Positions 11,660 through 23,487 of a DNA stretch of 64,000 nucleotides are shown here, piece by piece. Below the pieces are notes generated by a model. The model was not told the origin of the DNA. It saw only the letters and a program-made list of their open reading frames with translations, and made no database searches. The DNA is from Podarcis tiliguerta (Eukaryota): the NCBI GenBank assembly GCA_965153285.1, contig OZ229110.1. One strand, 5' to 3'. Each line of letters begins with the position of its first letter. Position 1 is the stretch's first letter. A program made the position numbers and the translations under genes.

Positions 11660-12129
11660 GTAAGGACAATGTCATCCTCGCGAGGCGAAATGGGGTTGGT
11701 GGCTGCAGGCTGCTGTCCATGGTGGATTTAGCTTCATGTTGTCTCACAAACACCTCTGCAGTGTCCTTTGGTCTCCCTTGCACTGCACTGGCTCAGAACT
11801 TGGACTGGAAGTGACTAGCCAAGGATTTCCCCAACTCTGCAAGCTTAAGCCCTTTTTGGTTGGAGCTACCAGAGAATGAACTTTAGATCTTTTGGACACA
11901 AAACATGTGGTCTGACCCTGAACTATGCTTCTGTACCTAAGTTAAATAGTCCTTCCCCCGCCCCCTTTTCTGTGCTTGGAAGATTAGAAATATTAATTTT
12001 TAGAAAAACGACAAGATAAGGGGCAACGGCTAATTGCTGTTTTGGGAGAATCTGTTTAGATGTGGTCATGTGGTTTAATACCTGATTTAGGTCTTTCCCC
12101 TACACTCTGTGCACAACCCTATGTAAGGA

Positions 12130-12652
12130 TCATAGAATCATAGAGTTGGAAGAGACCACAAGGGCCATCGAGTCCAACCCCCTGCCAAGCAGGAAACACC
12201 ATCAGAGCACTCCTGACATATGGTTGTCAAGCCTCTGCTTAAAGACCTCCAAAGAAGGAGACTCCACCACACTCCTTGGCAGCAAATTCCACTGTCGAAC
12301 AGCTCTTACTGTCAGGAAGTTCTTCCTAATGTTTAGGTGGAATCTTCTTTCTTGTAGTTTGGATCCATTGCTCCGTGTCCGCTTCTCTGGAGCAGCAGAA
12401 AACAACCTTTCTCCCTCCTCCATGTGGCATCCCTTCATATATTTGAACATGGCTATCATATCACCCCTTAACCTCCTCTTCTCCAGGCTAAACATGCCCA
12501 GCTCCCTTAGCCGTTCCTCATAAGGCATCGTTTCCAGGCCTTTGAACATTCTGGTTGCCCTCCTCTGGACACGTTCCAGTTTGTCAGTGTCCTTCTTGAA
12601 CTGTGGTGCCCAGAACTGGACACAGTACTCCAGGTGAGGTCTGACCAGAGCA
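12130..12652 (-). mobile_element. Young 5'-truncated CR1 LINE with intact ORF2 C-terminus and 10-bp TSD
   Basis: ORF 12202-12675 (-) encodes [35 protein letters not shown]...[15 protein letters not shown]...FKQRLDNHM, typical CR1 ORF2. TATGTAAGGA duplicated at 12120-12129 and 12653-12662. Confidence 0.95.
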
Positions 12653-12866
12653 TATGTAAGGACATATGTAAGCATTTAATTTCTCTTGCTGGGTTCCCAG
12701 ATATGTGTATGAACATGTCTGGTGTGTACAGCAATGTTTCCTACAATGATGGCTATTTTCTGAGACCATCAAATTATTCAGGTCAATAGAAACAAAATGG
12801 GATTCCAAGTGGAACTGGCTGAATAGGCATTAAAATGGCAAATGGTTCATTTATTTATTCCATTTA

Positions 12867-13091
12867 CAGTGGTACCTCAGGTTAAGTACTTAATTCGTTC
12901 CAGAGGTTCGTACTTAACCTGAAACTGTTCTTAACCTGAAGCAGCACTTTAGCTAATGGGGCCTCCTGCTGCCGCCGCGCGCCGTAGCACAATTTCTGTT
13001 CTCATCCTGAAGCAAAGTTCTTAACCTGAAGCACTATTTCTGGGTTAGCGGAGTCTGTAACCTGAAGCGTATGTAACCTGAGGTACCACTG
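12867..13091. mobile_element. Tc1/mariner-type MITE, copy 2
   Basis: TA-CAGTGGTACCTC...GAGGTACCACTG-TA. Confidence 0.9.
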
Positions 13092-13284
13092 TATATCCCA
13101 TAGTTCCACTTAAGGAGCTCAGGATAGTGTACATGGATCAATTCCTCCCCATTTTATCCCCAGCGACCCTGTGTGGTAGGTTAGACTCTGAGGCTGTGGC
13201 TTCCAGTCAGCTTAATGGCTGAGCAGCGTTTTCAAGCCTGGTGTCCGAGGTCCTAGTCCAACTCCAGGCACAACAATGACCACC

Positions 13285-13905
13285 TATGTGTAAAGTGATG
13301 CACATTGGGGCAAAAAGATCCTACATGCTGATGGGGTCTGAGCTGATGGCGACCATCCAGGAAATGCTCAGTGCAAATGTTGAGACAGCTGCCTGAAAAT
13401 ACTAATTCAGTGTTTGCATTGTTACGAAAAGAAACATCTTCATACAAATATGTGGTGTGTCCACACTTTAGAATACAGTGCGCAGTTCTGGTTGCCTTGC
13501 CCAAAAAAGGATACAGAAGAGTGGGAAAAGGCTCGGGAAAGGGGCAGCCAATACAAGCTTTACAAAGAATGGTCCTAGCATTCTGGGACTCTTAATTCTG
13601 AAAGTGGAGTATTTTTCATACTGCGTATGGTTAAACTAAGGAATTCACTACCAAAAGACAAAGTGATAGCTGCTCGATTTAATGTTTTTTAAAAGGGAAT
13701 TAAATAAATTCATGGAGGATAAGGCTGTCATTGGCATCTAGTCATGATGGCTCCATCCTGTCTTCAGGATCAGAGGTAGGAAGGTTCTGAATACGAGTGG
13801 CTGGGGAATGGTGGCAGGAGGGGTCTATTGCACACCTGTCCTGTTTCCTGGCTTCCCTTGCCCAGGAGGGAACATGGGAGCCAGCAGCCAGACTAGACAG
13901 ATGGG
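13285..13905 (+). mobile_element. Old CR1-family fragment (ORF2 remnant plus 3' UTR)
   Basis: tgtaaagtgatgcacattggggcaaaa (CKVMHIG), ccacacttta.aatac.gtgcgcagttctgg ([10 protein letters not shown] remnant). Related 3'-UTR fragments at about 21245-21500, 25225-25450 and 27295-27575. Confidence 0.7.
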
Positions 13906-15145
13906 CAGAATAGTCTGTAACCACTGTTGATAATTTTGCAGTAGTTCTTATGGTAAAAAGGCATGTGTCCTAGACACATAACTTATTAAGAAGGTAAAAA
14001 TCTTAGCGTCAGTGTCCCTGACAAAAGGGGCAGTGAATGGCAATAAGTAATTTTCTATCCCATACCCCCCATCAAGACAATACACAAAGTGTACGACCCA
14101 TGCAAAAGCACAATAAAACTGTGTGTATGCTATACTTCAAAGCAGGAGGCGTCATCTGCAACATTTATTGTTGTTGCCTCCACCTTCTCCCTGCCTTGCT
14201 CCAAAGAGGAGAGCCTCGCCACGTGGGTGAGATGCTGCAGGACTGGCCAAGTAGTGGAGCTGCTGGTCATGGCTTCCAAATGCAGAAGATGGTTGGAGCC
14301 TCCTTCCCCCGCCCAAGTGGCAGCCGTGCTTTGCCACATCCTGGGAGGTTATTTATTTATTTACTTACTTACGAATTACCTATGTGTGTGGGCCAAAATG
14401 ATTTAGGGTAGATGCACACCACGCATTTAAAGCACATGCCACACACATGGCTTCCCTTAAAGAACCCTGGGAACTGTAGTTTCCATTTCACAGAGCTGCA
14501 GTTCACCCATAAAGAACTACAGTTCCCAGGATTCCTTGGGGGAAATAATGAGCTCTAAATGTGTGTTGGATTTCCATAGAGTTGGAAGGAACCCTGAAGG
14601 TCTTTTGAGTCCAACCCCTTGCAATGCAGGATATAATAAAAACAGCTAAAAATTGTTTTTAAAACTAACAATGCAAAAAAAACCCTCTTAGAGATAGGTA
14701 TTCATTCATATTGCTTTTAAATCTAAGGCAGAGAGGCCTCTTCAGCCAGCTGGGAAAGCTTGGTTAAATTGTCTGTGAGAAATTTCCCCAACAAAACAAA
14801 TATATTTTCAATTGTTTCTGGAATGTGCAAAAAGTGGCCTCTGCCATGTCTTGACAGAAATGCTGTTCTACAGAACAGGGGCAGCAACATTGAAAGCCTT
14901 CCTCTCAGCTACTGTTAACTGGGATTCTAAGATCTTTGGAACTTGAGGGAGACTCCTGCAGAACACAATAATCTGCTGTATATACAAGGAGTAAGGTGGT
15001 CTCTCAACTGACCTATTAACTGGTGCCATTTATTTTGTCAAGACATGTATAGCACTTCAGGTGTGTTGGGAGGGCGGAGAAAATTAAAATGGAAAGTTCT
15101 CTGTGGTACTTCACAACAAAGCAGTTGAATTTATGAAGGAAAAAT

Positions 15146-15454
15146 GCTAAAATAATTGGAAATAGCTTCCAGATACTTAATGGGCTTAGGATTGTATTTA
15201 TGTTAACTGATAAAATAATATGTCTAATACAAGAAGGAGAAGATTTAAAGATGCTAATGTTTAATTTAAAGGGTATTAAAATTGGGATTTGGAAAACCGT
15301 TATAAGGATATACAATGAAATTCAACTAAGGGGAAACGAGGAAGTCGTTTTACAAAGTAAATAACTGTTATTTTCAATAAGGTTATGATTTATGTTTGTT
15401 ATGTTTTGTTTGTTGTTGATATTATAAAAACTAATAAAATTTTTGCAAAAAAAA
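15146..15454 (+). mobile_element. Short retroposed (L1-like) insertion with poly(A) tail and 19-bp TSD
   Basis: GAATTTATGAAGGAAAAAT at 15127-15145 and 15455-15473; AATAAA about 15433 and an A-rich tail before the right copy; very AT-rich body. Confidence 0.8.
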
Positions 15455-16447
15455 GAATTTATGAAGGAAAAATAAGAAAAAGTGGTTCCTCACAGCTGCT
15501 CACCAATGGATACAAAATGGAGGTTTGGAAATGAATATGGAGCATAACAATTTCCCACTCACAGATTATTGTAAATGTGAGGTGGTTAGACTGAAAACAT
15601 GTTGATAATAGTGCAGTGCTACAATCACCGCAAGCACTCATATATTGACAGCAGAAGAACAGCAAGAAAGATGCAATAGAAGAGTTCTAGAAAAAGGACA
15701 GGCAGAAATTGTGGGAGGGGTACAGATTAGCTAGTGCTTTATGTGGAGTGTGCAGAATCCATGTGCTACAGCATGGGGTGGGGACTATCATACGAACCGG
15801 TTCCTGATTCATAGAAGGAAGGACACTCACACCCACCCACCCACCCACCCACCCAGTACTGGGAGATCCCTGAACATTTTACTTGATCTTCAGTGTTTCA
15901 AATCCTTCTGGAAGCTTTTCTCTAGAAGCCTCTATAAAAAGGAAAAGTGCCACCCTACTCTTGTGTGGTTCCCCTCCATTTCAACAGGGATTTCCCTGAG
16001 GGTATCTTACTTGCCAATTGGAACTGAATAGCAAGGTTGAATATTTTTACAATCTTCAGGTAAAATGGTATATTCTGGTATCTCCATTTTTGTGGAAGGA
16101 GTTGGTTCTATTGCTTCACTTGAGCCACAGTGCACCTGCAACCAATAAGGAGCATTTAAGACCTGACCCTGATGTATTAAGACCACGAATGGCCTGGTTT
16201 GTATCATTAGCTCCCTTTAAAAATCCTGAGTCTGTGACATCACAATGCTGTGTGTGTGACCTCACTGTTTCTAAGGAGACATGCACACAATGCAGGTGAA
16301 CAGTTGCTTCAAGTCAGACTGATTTCTTTGTCCAGAGGCTGAGCCGCATTCCTGCTATCCAGAATGATTAGTGGTCAATCATCTTCCATTTCTATTCCTC
16401 CAGGGAAACCTTTCATCAGTAAATCCACCTCTGTATCTTCAGAGAAG

Positions 16448-16553
16448 ATGGGTCGTCTCCCCCTAGGGATTGTTTCTCCCTATGTAAAAACTAGCTCTGG
16501 TGGGTGTATGGACCCCATGAAATTCTACTGTACCAGCTATGGCACAGCTTATG
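16448..16553 (+). CDS. PPP1R32: PPP1R32/SAXO4 coding exon 1
   Basis: MGRLPLGIVSPYVKTSSGGCMDPMKFYCTSYGTAY matches recalled human MGKLPLGVVSPYVKMSSGGYTDPLKFYATSYCTAY. Donor ATG|GTAAGG, phase 1. An in-frame upstream ATG lies at 16364. Confidence 0.9.
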
Positions 16554-16894
16554 GTAAGGACATCTTCAATAAGGGAAGGGATTTATATTATCTGTGGCTA
16601 GTTTGGTCATATCAAACAAAGGAAAGTGTTAACTGCCCAAAAGGATGGTAGGCTGTTCAGGCATAATCCCAATCCCAGGCTTGTTGTTGCAATAATAATA
16701 ATAATTTATTTATACCCCGCCCTTCCTGGTTCAAAAACTGGGCTCATGGCGGCTAACAACAAATTTAAAACACTTTAAAACACTTAATTATAAAAGCAGT
16801 ATAAAATACGGTATAAAACATGAATAACAATAAAATGATGAGATTCAAGCTCCCATCATGTGCAACATTTAATAACGTTTGAGCCTTGATTGTT

Positions 16895-17270
16895 GGGAAC
16901 CCATTCAAAATAAATTGAAAACTTTTGTTAAAAAAACAGGAGCCTTTTTATGAGGTACCGACATTCCAAAGGAACAGAAAAGACTTTTCATGTATGCAAC
17001 AACAGCAGCATGGATGCTACTAGCCCAGAGATGGAAAGAAGAAAGAGTTCCTACTAGAGAGGACTGGCAAACTAAGCTGTGAAACTCTGCTGAAATGGCA
17101 AAACTGACCGGGAAACCTAGAGACCAAGAAGCCAAGAAATCCAAGAAAGAATGCGAAAAGTTTATAAAACATTGGCAGGGTTTTAACCCCACTTGTAATG
17201 TAACAAATATTATGGCCAATATGGATAGATATAAAACATAAGACTATGAAATAATATGCAGTTGGGATTT
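16895..17270 (+). mobile_element. L1/Tx1-like LINE ORF2 C-terminal remnant
   Basis: Translates as DIPKEQKRLFMYATTAAWMLLAQRWKEERVPTREDWQTKL*NSAEMAKLTG; a related minus-strand fragment lies at about 25785-26130. Confidence 0.7.
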
Positions 17271-17842
17271 TTGACATTAGGACCCAGCCTCGATTTGAAG
17301 CTTAGATATTATCATAGGTCAAAGCACCAAAGATTACAAGAATGTTCTTGGAGAAGCCCCACCCCTTCCCACCTTCTAACATGCATGAAGCTTCCATCCT
17401 TCAGAACTGATTCTTGCAGTGGCTTTTGCAGAGAGAGAAATGGCAGTGAGGCCTCCTCTGTCAGCTTGGCTGGCACCAATTTCCATTTGCCTTTTTCCTA
17501 CCAGAGTAGCTTCCATCTGGAGCCATCATACCTGGTGCATTAGGGGAAAAGGTGAGGACCCCTTTATCAGCCTAGCTGAGACAAACTATCATTTGGCCCC
17601 TGTCCTCCTGGAACAGCCACTATTTGCAGCTGCCCCACGGCATCTCTCTTGATTCGGTTGGGGTCAACTGCCATGTAGCTCCTCCACTCCTCTGCTGTAG
17701 TGATCATCCCACCTGAACATTATGTAACACCTCGCTCCAATCATGCAAGAGTTAGTATACTCAAATTCGCTTGGTTTTCCTCTTCCTTCCCCATCTCTTT
17801 CCTTCTGTGTCATGACAATTAGATAAAAATATTGTTTTAAAA

Positions 17843-17998
17843 AAATTGTCCAGTAGCACCTTATAGACCAACTAAGTTTGTTCTGGTGCATGCACATGAA
17901 AGCTTATATCAGAACAAACTTAGTTGGTCTATAAGGTGCTACTGGACAATTTATTTTTCCCTGACTGCGTCAGATCAACACGGCTACCAACCTGAATC
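17843..17998. repeat. Perfect inverted repeat (43-bp arms, 24-nt loop), probably a Penelope-like terminal repeat remnant
   Basis: 17843-17885 is the exact reverse complement of 17910-17952, followed by aacacggctaccaacctgaatc, which resembles sauropsid Penelope-like element ends (family call from recall). Confidence 0.75.
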
Positions 17999-18133
17999 AA
18001 CAATTAGTTATTACTTTATATTGTAAACTGTATTGAGTGTGCAGTGGGAAAACAGTGCTTTATAAATGCAGTAAGTAAGTGAAGATATAAATAGGCAATA
18101 CAAATCTGCCATTGTCTCCCTTTCCTTTGCCAG

Positions 18134-18251
18134 GTCAAGCAGGGTTTCGTCCTCGGACTAGCATCCACTCTGGAGCAGGTTATAAAAGCAATTACCGTCC
18201 CGTCGTCCACTACAAGCCAAGCCTAGACAAAATAGATAATCCAACTGTGGG
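18134..18251 (+). CDS. PPP1R32: PPP1R32/SAXO4 coding exon 2
   Basis: tttgccag|; GQAGFRPRTSIHSGAGYKSNYRPVVHYKPSLDKIDNPTVG; donor GGG|GTAGGT, phase 2. Confidence 0.92.
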
Positions 18252-18769
18252 GTAGGTATTGGTCGTATACTTTGTGGAAATTAACTGGGATGGATCAGAA
18301 GAGGGAAACTGTCTTGTGGTTTGCATACCATCCAATCTGCTGCCCTCCAGACATTTTGGGCTCCAGCTCTTACCACCCTTGGTGATTGGCTGTGCTGGCT
18401 CTGGCAGGTGGGAGCTGTAGCCCAGAGCATTTTGGGGGTACCAGATTGGGGAAAGCTGTGAAACATAACCACATCCTCATAATGCTCATGTCACCTCTGA
18501 GTCAGTGACATGCTTGCATTTGCTTTACTTGTACTCCCTCAAAGCACAATAACAAAGTCTATGGCAAGGCAAATGCATTTGGCACTTCACCGTGGTATCC
18601 ATATGCAGTGTAGATGACTGGAAGGGCCAAAGACAGTGATCTTTTGGGTTGCCTGGACTAACGCATCACTTTAGGAGATAGAAAGCATGGCTGTCTTTAG
18701 AGCACAATTCTAACATGCCTAAACATAACCTGATTAAAATCCACTGTGTCTCTTAAGTTCAGATGCTGT

Positions 18770-18882
18770 GTATTTAAGGAAGCTTTTAATGTTTAATAGA
18801 CTATTGTATTTTAATATTATGTTGGAAGCCGCCCAGAGTGGCTGGGGAAACCTAGCCAGATGGGTGGAGTATAAATTAATTA

Positions 18883-18917
<35 letters not shown>
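18770..18917 (+). mobile_element. L2 3' end with (TAT)n tail
   Basis: gttggaagccgcccagagtggctggggaaa...gatgggtggagtataaa followed by TAT repeats. Confidence 0.8.
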
Positions 18918-18950
18918 GTCTCTCATGCTTAGTCTTTTCTCCAAAACCAG

Positions 18951-19104
18951 GAAGCTCCTTCAGGACAATTATGAATCGACAACAACCAAGCACTTCCAGC
19001 CTCTTGAGCTCCCAGATGGGAAATATCCTCTTCCCTGGAGTGTGCACCAGCCAGGGAGTGGGTATGTTCGAGAAAAACCTCTTTCTTTCCCCACCACTAA
19101 AGAG
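18951..19104 (+). CDS. PPP1R32: PPP1R32/SAXO4 coding exon 3
   Basis: KLLQDNYESTTTKHFQPLELPDGKYPLPWSVHQPGSGYVREKPLSFPTTKE; donor GAG|GTAAGT. Confidence 0.93.
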
Positions 19105-20960
19105 GTAAGTATCCCAAACCTAGGATTTGCCTCTGTGTGGTGGATTGTTGTGCTATTGAACATGCTTGTAATGTGCCAACATTATCAGCTAGTGCCATTA
19201 ATAATGGCTTGGGCTATTTCTTCAGTTCAGGAAGGCTGGAGCTTAGAGCTTCAGCAATGAGGCAGCTCAAAGTCTGACATCCATCTAGCAAGTGGCAAGG
19301 CCTTTATTCAAGCAGCTTCTCCATCCTTCTGAGTCAGCTCTCCAAGAGCCTGCATCCTGGGTCATAGCTTTTTCTCTTAAAGGGGCCATGTGCCTGATAG
19401 TTACCATAACTGATAATGCATACATGAATCACCTGCGTTGTGAATTTCAATCCGATGTATCAACACAAAACTGTGGCAGTGCATGTGTGGAAGGAGGATG
19501 TTTTGCAAGGCTAAATTCTGAGCGTTTAGGAGTCATTCCATTTCCAGGCTTCTCTCTATATATCCATGAGGTCTAAGAGAATCTACTGTGATGCAGGGCA
19601 AAACACAAAAGCCAGGATGTGTAAACTGATGTGATCTGGCAAGTGTATATGAGGATCCAAAACGAACAGAGCTTCAGAAATACAAGATGTGAAGAGGAGT
19701 CACGTTTTGATGGTACAAGGAGCCAGAAAGAAGTCAGTAGGTGCAGTGCAATCCCATAAATGCTGGTGTTCAGAATTAAGTCACACTCTGTTCAGTTTAA
19801 ATATGCTTACTAGCCCCATTAAACACAGTAGAACTTGCTTCTGAGTAAATGCCCATAAAGTTGTGCTGTAATGTGATACATTTATAGATCAAGGCACCAT
19901 GTAAGTAAATTAAGGTTTGGAATATGGATGGTTATGGGGCAGGAGTGCATAAGTGTACATTAGTATTAGTGATCCATTCATAGCCTCTGAGAGTCATAGC
20001 GGACATTCCTGAGTCACATATGAGGCTTGCTATATAGACTAGTAATCATGGGTGAAGCTCGATAGCCTAGGGTTTTGTTGAGATAGATTAGTGGGGTTTT
20101 CAGAAGCCTATATACTACCAGACTATGCTTTTACTAGACATATCAGTAAAATATTGTCCAGTTGGCAGTTCTGCACCTAAAGCACTGGGACTCATTAATG
20201 AATTGTTCTAATTAAGTGCAGGATGGAGCTAAGGAGAGCTGCTGCTGGTGTATGTGTGTGCATGCCAATATGATTGTGACCTGGGCTATATACCAAGTGG
20301 AACATGTTGTGGTAGAAAAGAGGCATTTGAACAAGGATCGCTTCCTTTGAAACCCAGACACTGTGTTGAGAACAGTTTAGCTGTGTGAGGGATTGAGACT
20401 TGGGAAGTGCGCAGTAGGACTGAGCCCTAGTATCTGCCAAACCCGGTTCCTCTATAATTTCAGAATTGCTTTACAGTTGTGTGAATACTAAAAACATAGT
20501 GTCTCTCTTTTGATTTGCCTTCTATATTGTGGGCTTTCAGACCCCCACCCCTGTAATCATGTTTTTCAAGGCATTCACTGCCACAGGAAAGATTAAAACC
20601 TTTATTCTGTTGGAAACACATAAGCTGAAATTCTCATTATTTTGTTTGGAGTGTATAGGAAAATGAAGAATGAGATATGGGAGCATGAAGCCTTGTAGCT
20701 TCACTGATTGACCTCACTGGCTTCCTAATGTTTTAATTAGAGCTGTGATCAAGGGCTCAGCCATGAAGATGATGATTCCCTACCACTTCTGAGAAGGGGA
20801 CAGATACAAGATGCATTTTATATATGCATTTTCCTGCTCACTTTTGACTGTTCTTTCCCCTCCTTTCTCAACAATAGCCCTGAACAGTATCACTTCAGTT
20901 CTGGTATTTGTGGTATTCATACTTAACTTTCCAAATTGCAAGCTGGGCTTCATTTTGCAG

Positions 20961-21089
20961 GTCAAGAAAGTCCATTTTGACACAGCAGACCAGGGAGCCC
21001 AAGCTATAACAGGGTTGGAGCCTAAACATACCCCTGACCTGCACAAGTTGTATGGAAGAGGTTCTGTCGATGTGGAACATGCCAGACAT
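20961..21089 (+). CDS. PPP1R32: PPP1R32/SAXO4 coding exon 4
   Basis: ttttgcag|; VKKVHFDTADQGAQAITGLEPKHTPDLHKLYGRGSVDVEHARH; donor CAT|GTGAGT. Confidence 0.93.
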
Positions 21090-23423
21090 GTGAGTCAGCT
21101 GCTAGTTCAATGGGCCCTTCCTCATTTGACTGTAGCTTAGGCAGTACCTGATCACAGAAGAGGTATAAAGGGGAGTTTTCATTAGAACTCAGGGCCAGAA
21201 GGTCTGGCTTCTTCACACAGTGCGTAAGCTATTGAACTTGCTCCTACTGTATAAGATGTAGTGACGACTGCCAAATTGGACAGCCTCAAAAGGAGATTAG
21301 AAAAAGCCATGGAGGATAAGGCTGTTAATGGCTGCTACCAGTCCTGATGGCTAGGTACTACCTCAGTTATCAGAGACAGCATGCCTCTCAATACCATTTG
21401 CTGGGAAATACAAATAGAGAGAGTGCTGTTGCACTCAGGTCCTGGTGTTGGGCTTCTCATAGGCATCTGGTTGGCCAGTGTGGAATCCAGGGTCCTAGGT
21501 TTGGCTCTTATATCCACCACCAGATGCAGTAAAATAAAAGGGGAGTTTCCATTTTATGCATGACTTTCCCTACTCGTGTCGTCATAATCCGCAATGGGGA
21601 AAAATATTTTTAAAATAGTGCTTCCACTGCTGCTCACAGCAAACATGTTGAAAACCAATATTTTAGCATACAGTGAAAGTATTGGCAGGAAAAGCTTGAC
21701 TTCCCTGGGTTACTGCAAAACCAAGTACCTTTCCATATAGAAAGTGATCCGATTTTATTCCCATAGTCCTCATTTTCACTCCTGATCTAAAGCTTGATTC
21801 ACATATGCCTGTCTCCTTGCTTGATGACTTGCACCAGAAGGTGTGAATTGCCTCCATAGAAAAGTATTGTCTGTGGTGATGTGAGCTAATAGGAAAGCTC
21901 TAGTCTGCATTCTTTGATCTGTGAAGGTTGTTTCACACCTACAAGTCATCACTCAACATTTCAATCATTGAACTATGAACAAGCGTGGTGTCATCCTAAG
22001 GTGGTATGTATGGGAGAGGGGGGAAAGTGTGACAGAATAAAATGCAGTCCTAGAATAGTGAATTGACAAGGGATGGTATAGCACACTGGTCCTTTACCTG
22101 GTGGGTTGGGACCCATTCATGGGGCACGGCCTGATCAAAAGTGGGTCATAACAGGAGCACTGCTACCATGCAAACATATGTTAGAGATTTAAGAAATGGA
22201 TCCCCAAATGCAAGTTTGGATTAAAAGGGGGTCCTGGGAACTGAAAAGGTTGAAGATACCTGGCATATTGGTTAACATGTTAGAATTTGGCTGGTGAAAC
22301 CTGGGTTCACATCCCTGATCAGCCATATAGCATGACTTCAATCCGACACACAGTTACCTGGAGTAAGCTCCATTGAACTCAGCAATTCTTATGCTGGATG
22401 CATAGGTTGAATTTAGGGGTGTTCTGCTGCCTGAAGGGAAACAGGAAGGTGCCACCCTGTCACTGAAGCATCCCCTGTCAAAGCCTCTCTTACTTAGGTT
22501 GCGCAGTGGTGCCCACAAAGCATCAGAGATGGTGGTGGGTTCCGATGAGATCTTGTGGTGCTCTTGCAAGATATTGCAGACTGCATGAAATTGACTTTTG
22601 TGAGATTGCACAAGATCTTGTCGCTGCTGCTGTTGCTGCCATCACCGCTACACTAGTGGCAGTGGCAGGATGGGTGGGGCACTAGCGCTGTTCAACTTGT
22701 AAATGCAATCTTTAGCTTTTAATTAGAAATTCAAAAAAACAAAAACAAAAAACAACACACACACACATCATTTGCTATTCAAACTGCTAGGGCGGCATAG
22801 GAACCCGACCAAAGAAAAGTCTCTCCTTGATTATTTTCCTTATCCTCTGACTTCTCCAATGCTAATCCGTCACAAATGGTAGTAAAGCTTGAATCAGAGC
22901 AAGAAGGATTGTGTCAATTACCCTGGTACTTCATTGGCTGAAAGAGGCTGAAAGTTTTGTACCCCCAGTATCCCTACATCACTGCTTAAAATGTAGAAAT
23001 TGACATATGGGGGCAGAATAGACCACGTGGAGGGAAATGGCGCTACAGGAAAACATGGGAAGAATATGAGATTATTCCAATTGTGCCTGCTTAGTCTTAG
23101 TTACAGTTTAGTGTATGGGGAGCAGGGGGTTGTGCCAAATGCTTCCCAGAAAACACAGGCTTTGAGGAAGGGTTTGCAGGAAGTGAGAGAGGTGGGAGTT
23201 CCAGGCATAAGGATCAGTAAAGGATAAATGATAAAGTCATGGGAGAGAGCAAGATAACTTCGGAAAGCTGAGAACTGTTACCCCAGGAATAATTGGTCTG
23301 CCCTTAAACAGAGAAGCAGGATGGATGTGGAACAGTGCATTGGAAACCCTACTGGCAGGGCAAGTAGGAGACTCCATCTGGAGCATTTGGTCTTACTCTC
23401 CACTGCTGTTTGCATATTTGCAG

Positions 23424-23487
23424 GGACCTCACTACATGTCCACAGAGTACAACTCAAAGTACCGCTTCAACATTCCAGGACAACCAG
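23424..23487 (+). CDS. PPP1R32: PPP1R32/SAXO4 coding exon 5
   Basis: tttgcag|; GPHYMSTEYNSKYRFNIPGQP (recalled human GPRFMTSEYNSKY); donor CAG|GTAATT, phase 1. Confidence 0.9.
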
